In this document: one piece after another, positions 55,036 through 64,000 of the stretch
Numbering within the stretch: the stretch's first letter is position 1
How the letters are laid out: every line of letters begins with the position of its first letter
Assembly (NCBI GenBank): GCA_951406725.2
Contig: OX597820.1
Span: forward strand, 70,804,001 to 70,868,000
From: Octopus vulgaris
Lineage: Eukaryota
Length of the DNA: 64,000 bases
Direction of reading: 5' to 3'
Notes under the pieces: generated by a model
The model's input: the letters and a program-made list of their open reading frames with translations, nothing else
What the model was told of the DNA's origin: nothing
Database searches by the model: none
Translations under genes and position numbers: made by a program

Positions 55036-55415
55036 TGGAGGCGCAATGGCCCAGTGGTTAGGGCAGCGGACTCGCAGTCGTAGGATCGCGGTTTCGATTC
55101 CCAGACCGGGCATTGTGAGTGTTTATTGAGTGAAAACACCTAAAGCTTCACGAGGCTCCTGCAGGGGGTGGTGGTGAACCCTGCTGTACTCTTTCACCAC
55201 AACTTTCTCTCACTCTTTCTTCCTGTTTCTGTTGTACCTGTATTTCAAAGGCCAGCCTTGTCACACTCTGTGTCACGCTGAATCTCCTCGAGAACTACGT
55301 TAAGGGTACACGTGTCTGTAGAGTGCTCAGCCACATGCACGTTAATTCCACGAGCAAGCTGTTCCGTTGATCGTATCAGCTGGGACCCTCATCGTCATAA
55401 CTGACGGAGTGCTCC
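55036..55415 (+). mobile_element. SINE family D (tRNA-derived head)
   Basis: GGAGGCGCAATGGCCCAGTGGTTAGGGCAGCGGACTCG...GGTTTCGATTCCC; related head at 34360-34665(-). Confidence 0.7.
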
Positions 55416-56353
55416 TTATATTTATAGTTACATCACTCTCAAATCAAATCTCAAACCAGCCTAAAAATGAGATTACATCAGATAATGTAGTCATCATACA
55501 TGCACTGTGTGAACTATAAAAAGAGAGAAAGAGATAAAAACGGCAGGCTGGAATGTTTTGATTTGATTAAAGATGTGTTTGATCAGAGCTGGCCCAGAGA
55601 CAAGAAGGTAGTAATGGGGTACTAGAACAAATTCTCAAAGAACAAGAAGGTGGGTATAAGAGGGGATAAAAATGGCTGATCATGGGAGGGAATAAGAGAG
55701 TGGCTGCTTTCATAGGAGTATGAAGAGGAAGTAAAAGAGGTGGAGGTAGAGGCTACTGTACTGAATGATGAACAAGGATGGGAGTGCAAATGACAAGAAA
55801 TAGATCATGCTTATATAATATTTATATAATATAATAAAATCTAACACAGCCTTGTGGCTTGTCTCTCCTTGTTGAACTGTCCAACCCATGCCAGCGAGGA
55901 AAAGTGGACGTTAAATAATGGTGATAATTTTATGGGAATTGTAGTTAAGATACCTGTGCCAGTGATACGTAAAAAACACCGTCCGAATGTGGCAGATGCC
56001 AGCGCCACCTGACTGGTGTCTGTGTCGGTGACACATAAAAGCACCAACCGATTGTGGCCGTTTACCAGCCTCCTCTGGCCCCTGTGCCGGAGGCACGTAA
56101 AAAGCACCCACTACACTCACAGAGTGGTTGGCGTTAGGAAGGGCATCCAGCTGTAGAAACACTGCCAGATCAGACTGGAGCCTGGTGCAGCCTCCTGACT
56201 TCCCAGACACTAGCATGGAAAACGGGCGTTAAACGATGATGATGATGTGTCTTCTATTTTTTTAAATTATTATAAATCTTCCACTGAGGAGGGAGCTGGC
56301 TTCCAACAAAAATACAAGGCTCCATCTTTGGGATGTAGTTAACACAGACAAAT

Positions 56354-56527
56354 TTACATTTGGAACTTGAGAAAAGTCTTGCATATTTTTACTGTTCCAC
56401 TCAGATTGGACTTGTATGAATCAGTCCAGTCAATTTCCCCTTTCTGAAAATAATCCAGATTCTCCTTTAGGCATTTACTAACAAAACGTAGTGCTCCAAT
56501 TATTATTGGTATGAATATGAATTTGAA
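56354..56527 (-). mobile_element. REL-type non-LTR 3' fragment, related to 9100-9415
   Basis: FKFIFIPIIIGALRFVSKCLKENL...[13 protein letters not shown]. Confidence 0.7.
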
Positions 56528-56561
56528 TGAATGAATGAATGAGTGTGTGTGTGTGTGTGTC

Positions 56562-56596
<35 letters not shown>

Positions 56597-58379
56597 ATGT
56601 ATGTATGTATGTACGTACATACATATGTATGTATAATAGATCACAGATGGCCAAGTATCAACTTGACCATTGATGACCTTGATATACAATATATAGATTT
56701 AAATAAAATTTATATAATGGAGATGTGTAGTATTTGTAACAGCTTTATTATTTAATTAATCAAATTTGGAATTTTATAATTTTGGTTTTTCTGAAATTTT
56801 ATCATCTTCCACCCCAACCCCACATTTTAAAACCAAGGTTCAACTGCTTCAATTGTATTTTCTGTTGATACAAGATATATCCATTACAGGAGAGGCCCTA
56901 TGAGTCAGCATTATGACCTGAAATAGAACTCTCACACACACAACAATAAACAATCAAACACTGCCAAAGTAATACAATAACCAAAAAAAAGAATACTTCT
57001 GAACTTTGTCATTTTGGTGAAAGAACATCCTCATTATGGCGAGGACCACATCTCAACAACTGGTTCTTTTCTTCAAAGCTAGAAGACCCTTTAGCCCCTG
57101 ACAGCTCAAGTTCAACCACAAATTCCAATCTTTGCTGCATTGTGGTAGCTTATATGCCTCAATAACCCTGCCAGCAGAATGAAAGCTCCCAGTAAGGGTA
57201 AAGGCCAGATTAATATGGAACACACACCACCCCTTAGAGGTAAAAATAGGTTTGCATAGGACCAACATCCCTACCTTGTAAAAAGGGCAAAGTTACAGAA
57301 GCATCAACGACAATTCAAAACCAACAAGACCTGGGAGAGGAAGGCCTTCCACCAGGGAAACATATGACAAAATGCCAGATCCTGACCTGGAACACACAAA
57401 AGAGGCAGAGAGGGTGCCCTAAAAATAGTTGGAAGCGCATGGGATATTTGAAGCAAAGCTGCAAAAAAGACAGAGATTCAACTGAGGAGAAGCAAGAAAG
57501 CCACCTAAAGTTGAGAATAATGAAGAAAAATCATCAAAGGCCTACACTCCAGGGCAAGCAAAGTGGGTGCCAGTGTAATATCTGATCTACATGCCATTGT
57601 GATCTACAGCAACTTAAATCTAGGCTAGCTTGTGATCTACATTCAAAATTTTGTTGTAAATTAGCAATTATAATTAGAGGAAAAAGAAAAATTTTTATTG
57701 ATTCTTATTTCATACTAGAAACAATATCTCCATGTTCATCAAGGAGTTCATAGCGTTGGAGAAATTCTATTGTAGCTTTTTCATCTCAAATAACCTGAGT
57801 GTAAAATTCTTTTGCTCTCATCCTGACTTCTTTCAAAGGGCTCTGGACTAAAAGTGTTGAAACCATAAAAGTTTTATTGGTTTATATATCAAACCAACTA
57901 AAAGTCAAGTAAATAGATGAATTTTAAATGTGGATAAAAAAAATCAGTGTGGATCACAAACTATCCCATTTGAACTAAAGCCGATCACAAGCTATACCAG
58001 AAACATGTATGTAGATCAGATACTACACCGGCATCGTGAAGTGTTTGATAGCACCAACAAAGCTCAGGTGATATCCACAATAGAGTATTGTTCATGTATC
58101 AGGAACAGTGGTGCTGCACATACAGATATCCTAAGCCATTCGACTGATAAAGTCATTCACATACATGCACCACTATCACACCATCATCTGACCCATGGGT
58201 TTCCCTGACATCTCTCTGTTTTCCTGCTGCTGCTACTATGGTCTCTGCTCGTCAGAGGTGGCTGAGTTCATAGTACCTCCACTCAAGCATTCCCAGCTCA
58301 CTAAATTCTCCTCTTTTCAACACCCTCATTATGTTCAACTCTCCAATAAGCCCTGCATTAATCACTAGGCTATATTTTG

Positions 58380-58940
58380 GATTTCACGGTAACCAAAGAT
58401 CAATCTTGATGAAAGTACATACTTAAAATCTCATGATTACTGAGGACCTCTCCCGGTCAAAGTACACCTTTAACATAGCAAGGAGTGCATCCTGACAAAT
58501 GGACCTCATTTTCAAGGCCAGAAGGGATTTCAGCCTCCAACAATTATTACCTTTCTACAAAGCTTTAATAACATGCACCATGGAATATTACTCCTACATC
58601 TGCAGCAATGCTGCTCAGCATCTTAGATCACTTCCAGATAAAGGCCACCCCATTGACTGATATAAAATCATTCATAAACACACACCCATGACATGCTGTT
58701 TCCATTGTTTACCTTTCTCTTCACTGCTATAATGGCCTCTGCTCCTCACAGTCAGCTGGGATCATACCACTTCTACTCAAGCATTCTTGACCCACTCATC
58801 TCTCCTCCCCCAATCACCCTTGTTATGTCCAACCCCAACACCAAGCCCTTTGTTCCCAGAACATTAGCATCCAGGAATTCTCTCCTTGCTCATGTCTTTT
58901 CTGCAGATGTTGACTGACAAAAGTTCAAGAGGAGGGTGTG
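58380..58940 (+). mobile_element. Highly degenerate LINE RT C-terminus (CR1/Jockey-like)
   Basis: YKALI...MEYYSYI, YNGLCS, PFVPRT...RNSL...VF, KFKRR remnants. Confidence 0.55.
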
Positions 58941-58970
58941 AAGGCCATAACCACTCCTCTTCATCTAGAC

Positions 58971-59466
58971 CTATGTTTCTCAACTGGAGTTCTCTGGAAC
59001 CCTACAGTTCCACAAGAAAGGGCTAGATAAGCTAATGCTAATTTCATGATCATAATATATATATATATATATATATATGGACATATACTCGTCCTAGGCT
59101 CTCTGCTGACGAGGCAAGCCAGATGTAAATGAATTTAATTTAATTTAATTAATTCATTTGCCAAAGTTTTGCCGAAACTATGCATAGTCCAGAGATGAAA
59201 GGGGTAAACGTTTTTATTTCTCTTTCTATTTCAGAATTACAACTATTTAGCGGTATGAGTTTTGGCTGCTCTTTCTAGTGAGTCGAATGTCCTATATGGC
59301 CATTCCTTATATTGTTGAATATATATATATATATGATATTTACCATGTGAACTACGATGAAAAAATATGAGAAAGATATGGTATATAATTATTTTGTGCA
59401 GGGATTCCTTGAGACATGTAATTTATTTTAAGGGTTATGCAAGGGTAAAAAGGTTGAGAAACAATG
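58971..59466. mobile_element. hAT-type MITE hosting the (TA)n/hammerhead insertion at 59078-59317
   Basis: CTATGTTTCTCAAC ... GTTGAGAAACAATG ends; similar TCTAGAC/TCTAAAC flanks. Confidence 0.55.
59100..59195 (+). ncRNA. Type I hammerhead ribozyme, apparently intact
   Basis: Stem I TCTCTG/CAGAGA; CTGACGA; stem II GGCAA...TTGCC with long AT hairpin; GAAA; palindromic stem III ACTATGCATAGT; GUC cleavage after 59189. Confidence 0.85.
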
Positions 59467-62338
59467 CTCTAAACCCGGGAAATAGAGAAAAAAAGACTTT
59501 ATGGATACCCCATGCTAACACATAAAAGAAACCCAGTACATTTTGTAAAGCAGTTGGCATCAGTAAGGGCATCTGGCCATAGAAACCAAACAAACAGATG
59601 ACTGGAGCCTGGTGCAGCTCTCCAGCTTACCAACTCCAGTCAAACCATCTAACTCATGCCAGCATGGAAAATGGACGTAAAATAATGGATGATTCATCTC
59701 AGCGAAGATACAAGAAATTGGGCCAGATTATAGCAAGACACTTATGCTGTCTCTCTAACACACTTTAGCCATAGACAACTAGTATAAACTCAACTAACCC
59801 TCTCTCAAATATCCCCACCACCACCATTTAGTCAAGGTCGTTCTTTCCCTTTTCTTTTTGTGTTTTGCAAGTTACTTAGCAACCTGGCTAGAGCTGGTGA
59901 CACGAAAAATACACCTAGAACACACACTGTAAAAAGCTCACCAGATCCTGTCAAACAGTCCAAGCCATCCCAGCATAAAACATAGACATTGCATTAATGA
60001 TCATGATCATGACACAAGACAGAAACACTCCTCGTAGTTGTAGATTATCAATAACTGATTATTCCAGTACAGTTAATAAATACAAGCGATAAACATTTAC
60101 GTCCCAAACTTAAATCTAACAATAGTGTTAACATATTTAAAGCTAACAAGAAAAAACAAACACTAAACTAAATGCATTGTCAAGCATAATTCCTTAAACT
60201 GATAGAGTCACAAATAAAATCAGTTGAATATATTTCGCTTGATTCAGTTTTATATGATTTATTTATCTTCCCAGAAAGCATCCCTGAGAAGTTTTTCCCA
60301 TATTAGTTTAAATTGCCTAATTGAAATTTTCATCCTCTCAGTCATTGTAAGACCTAGTAACCACAAAAATATGCTTTACTAAAGAGGTTTAATAATTCTG
60401 AAACATGTCTAAAGTTGTCACTGTACTTGCCAGAGATCAGACTCATTGCCCACTACATGACCCTCGTTCCCTTTTTAATCAGCTTCAATTTCCGAATCGT
60501 TTCCCCTTGCTTTCTTGACAATATTTATCATTAATGTTAATTTTTTTTTGTTGCGTTAAGGATGTTATTTCAATTAACTGCAAATTCTTTGGGGCTCACA
60601 AGACATCGAGACCTTTCCAGTTCCACAAACAACATTTATGTAAGAATTTTTTTTTTAAGAAACGTATCTTAAATGAAGTCGAAAAGGTCCACCAGACACT
60701 TGAAAAAACTAAAGACATTTTAAACAATTATTGGCAAAATTGTAAACATGCCGAATAAAATGCTTTTTCGTCCGTCTTTAAGTTCCGAGTTCAAATTCTG
60801 CCGAGGTTGACTTTATCTTTCATCCTTTAGGGGTTAATAAAATAAGTACCAGTTGTACACTGGAGTCGATGTAATCAACCAGCCCCCTGCCCATATTTCA
60901 AGCCTTGTGCCTATATTAGAAAAGGATTAGCGGCATTTTCGTCAGTCTGTACGATCTGAGTTCAAATTCCACTGAGGTCGACATCCTTTCGGGGTCGATT
61001 AAATAAGTACCAGTTACGTACTGAGGTCGATGTAATCGACTGATTCCCCCTCCCCACAAATTTCAGGCTTTGTGCTTATTTTAGAAAGGCTTCTTATAAT
61101 ACTTTCTACAATCCTTTCAATTATTATTAGACGATCCACGTGAATTGCCGAACTCATAGATAACACAGCTGATTCTATTTTGACATTTCGGATTTACATT
61201 ATTATTATGATTAAATGTTTGTACCGGAAGAAGACAGTGTGCTCATGGCCATCGTATGCCCTTCTGAGTTGTATGGGGTTCCAGAAAGTTGACGATCTGA
61301 CAGTAGGGAAGTAATCAACGTGGAGGGCCAGGGAAGAGACACAAGCACGGTAGTAGAGCTTTGAGTTAGCAGGAAACCGGTCAGCTCCGAGGAAGCGATG
61401 TCACAGTCGTAATAACAGAAGAGATAAATGAGAAGACAGCATATCTACTTGCAAGATGGAGTATTACCGAGCAACTTAGGACCAATAAATCGAGTGGCCT
61501 GTGATTGGATGCAATCCAAGATAGTTGTGGTGTGTGTGTGTGTAGCAGTACCGTCCCAAATGTGGATGCCAGCGTTGCATTGTGTATCACACCACTTCTG
61601 TCTGTCTCTGATATCAAATAAAATGAACCGATATGTATAAAGTCATCTGTAGGAATAATAGTTTTATGAATGAGTAATCTACTAACAGAAAATAATAGTA
61701 AACAGAATTATAAGAAACTATTGGCCTAAAATGACGTTTGCCAAAAATATTGCCAAAAAAAAATTAAATTAAAAGAATAAAAGACGTCCATGGCCAGAAA
61801 TGTCGATATATTCTTCTTTTCGCAACATAGGAATATATCCAAAGTCAAGAACTTCAGAAAAGATGTGGCCTATTAGTTTGATCTCTCTGTATAGAATTAG
61901 TTACGATTGATGCTAAATTCTTACGTATACGGGACACAAGTTGACTCCAAGATGTAAGTGAGTACGCAAGTATGTGAGTGAATAAAAGTGAGGGAGGAGG
62001 TTCTTACATGAAAAAACAATATAGTGTGTTGAATAAGGATACAAAGACTGTGTGACAAACCTAAGTATTTTTACATGTGCGCAAAATAAGTATAAGGCTG
62101 TGTACATAAAAAGGGAACAACAATTTCAAGTTTTAGGTCAGTGTTTTTTTTTTTCCTTCATCTCCAAATAATAAAATAGATTCCTTGCCTTCTCTTTACA
62201 TTAACACACAAGCACGCACTAAAAAGATCTGGCAGTGACTGAAGAAAAGCGAACATGACACGAAGAATTTTATGTCACAAAACTATATTTTGATGAGATT
62301 AAATGATAAATAAATATAAGCGGAAATAGTTGTTTTAC

Positions 62339-62413
62339 CTGGTCTGAATGAACTTGTAGGATAACAACAAACAAGTACAATCCGACGAAAATCTTTCTTT
62401 CAACAGGTTCCAT
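62339..62413 (-). CDS. ATRAID: ATRAID/APR-3 exon 1 (signal peptide MEPVERKIFVGLYLFVVILQVHSDQ)
   Basis: ATG at 62413, hydrophobic signal-like peptide, CAG|gtaaaa donor in phase 0 joining exon 2 in frame; intron 1 is about 16.8 kb. Confidence 0.8.
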
Positions 62414-62545
62414 TGTGATAAGCGAAGACAATAACTAGTGTCTCGAATAGAAGAAACTCCTTTCTTATATTAAAAGCCCATGTTTCTATAAAAGCTCACC
62501 AACGCTCAGCACGAACTTATTTATAAATAAGTCATGAGATGGTAA

Positions 62546-62553
62546 TCACATGA
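62546..62553. promoter_or_regulatory. M-box/CLEAR-like E-box TCACATGA upstream of ATRAID
   Basis: MiT/TFE-type site 133 bp upstream of the ATG of a lysosomal membrane protein gene; short motif, could be chance. Confidence 0.35.
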
Positions 62554-62641
62554 TTTACAAAACACCGTTAGTAAAGCGATATTTGATTGGTTCTCACTGT
62601 TGTCGACTCCACTAATTGCTGACGAGTTAACATAGTGGGTT

Positions 62642-62655
62642 GTTGTCATGACAAC
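62642..62655. promoter_or_regulatory. RFX X-box (perfect palindrome GTTGTCATGACAAC) in a candidate bidirectional promoter
   Basis: Matches the X-box consensus; 230 bp upstream of the ATRAID ATG; reverse CCAAT at 62586-62590. Confidence 0.6.
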
Positions 62656-63217
62656 CTGTATACACACTTCTAACGACAATTTCAATAGCAGGTAAAATAC
62701 TTTTTGTCTTAAAAATTCTTCGATTTTAATTCAATGATAACTATGAAAACTGAATTTTTTTTAACGTATTTCTGTTCATCTTTTTTATATATTTATAAAT
62801 ATTACGGGAAAATCCTTATTTTATTCTCTTGTCAATTGTCAACACCGCTCGCTTGCATTTAAACGATGTGCATTATAGTAAAACAAAACAAAAAAAAAAA
62901 AATTAGGAGTTCGCAATACTAAGAATCTTTCCTAAATTATCTCGGAAAGTAAATGATATTGCTATTAACATCATATATTCTCATTTCTTTTCCTTTAGTC
63001 ATTCGGTAAAATATTTTTCAGTTGCATTTCAAATTCAATTTTTTTTTTAATTGTTAAAATAAAAAAAAATTGCATATATAAATTTTTCCTTCCAATAATT
63101 CGGCCTGATTTTCTGAATCTGAAGATAACATTCTCTGGAAATACTCTTAAATTCCCAAATAGACCAATAGATATATATTTTATCTTCCTCCTTATCAGTA
63201 GTAGAAGCATTACTACT

Positions 63218-63238
63218 ATGGATCCGATAAGCAAATCC
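63218..63238 (+). CDS. Putative first coding micro-exon (MDPISKS) of an unidentified divergent gene; exon 63199-63238
   Basis: Pyrimidine tract plus CAG acceptor at 63198, ACTATGG Kozak context, CC|gtatgt donor; candidate upstream non-coding exon donor CAG|gtaaaa at 62691/62692. Confidence 0.45.
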
Positions 63239-63411
63239 GTATGTGGTTGCTCTCCCTGCATGAAATAGCAGCCAAATCTCCCTTCTCTTACAGCCTGATA
63301 TCGTTATAAAAAAAAAAGAAATAATAATAAGGAAGGGCACATTAAATAATGTAGTCATAGACATACATCAGGCTTCTAAAAAAATTTAGATTACAGCTAA
63401 AATGTTTCGAT

Positions 63412-63473
<62 letters not shown>

Positions 63474-64000
63474 GAATTTCAAGGAAAGAAAGTGAAAGTA
63501 ACAGAGAAGGTTAAAGACAGTAACATCATGATCATCATTATTACCGTCATCATTACCATCATCATCATCATCCTTAAAGCCATTACAGTCTTTTTTTGCA
63601 ATGCAAACTATTCCACAAAATTATCAAACCCAAAAAGTAGAAAATTTTTATTTCATTCATTTATTTATTTATACATTTATTTTACATTCATTATTTATAT
63701 TTAATCCTCGGATAAGCATTTCTGGGGGGAAATTGGATAGATGGAAACTATGCTGAAGCTCATCAGACTGTACAAGTCCTGCATGGAAGCTTTAATCACC
63801 CAGCTTGATATCATTATCTGCCCCTTAGGTCATCATCATTTTAACATCCACTTTTCTATGCTTGCATGCATTGTACAGAGCTAAGTGAGCCACATTACAG
63901 CTGGTTGCCTTTCTTGTCACCAACCTTCACCTATTTCCAAGAAAGGTGATATTTCCACGTTATCAGGTTTGCTTTTGCAGAATATTGAGAATAAATGACA

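Noticed and set aside
55036-55110. Possible tRNA gene
   Set aside because: tRNA-like head continues into a SINE body with diverged dispersed copies; no clean cloverleaf or terminator
58204-58258. Minus-strand CCT-CTGACGA...GAAA...GTC-AGG hammerhead-like match
   Set aside because: Stem II cannot pair and the stem III register is off by one
63047-63364. 105-aa minus-strand ORF with hydrophobic start
   Set aside because: Runs through A/T homopolymers, no recognisable domain; plus-strand splice signals explain the region better

Overview
AT-rich, microsatellite- and SINE-dense animal genomic DNA; the repeat complement suggests an octopus or other coleoid cephalopod (inference). Contents read from the sequence: (1) A complete 7-exon ATRAID/APR-3 orthologue on the minus strand (62413->29764, 225 aa; signal peptide, LRR-like segment, EGF, TM), missed by the ORF track. 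(2) A probable head-to-head partner gene beginning after 62.6 kb, with a perfect RFX X-box. (3) A young, full-length CsRn1-clade Ty3/Gypsy LTR retrotransposon (19132-25156; ATAT TSD, tRNA-Trp PBS, CHCC Gag, -1 slippery site, disrupted pol). (4) Fragments of CR1-, RTE- and REL-endonuclease non-LTR elements, Tc1/mariner, pogo and hAT remnants, MITEs and several SINE families. Most notable is a set of at least six unrelated short non-coding elements beside (TA)n tracts, each carrying a type I hammerhead ribozyme motif with a palindromic stem III (Penelope pseudo-LTR/retrozyme-like), several with fold-back inverted duplications. Inside ATRAID introns three of these are antisense, and the only sense copy is locked in a hairpin by its own inverted copy. 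All alignments and foldings were done by eye; no searches were run.
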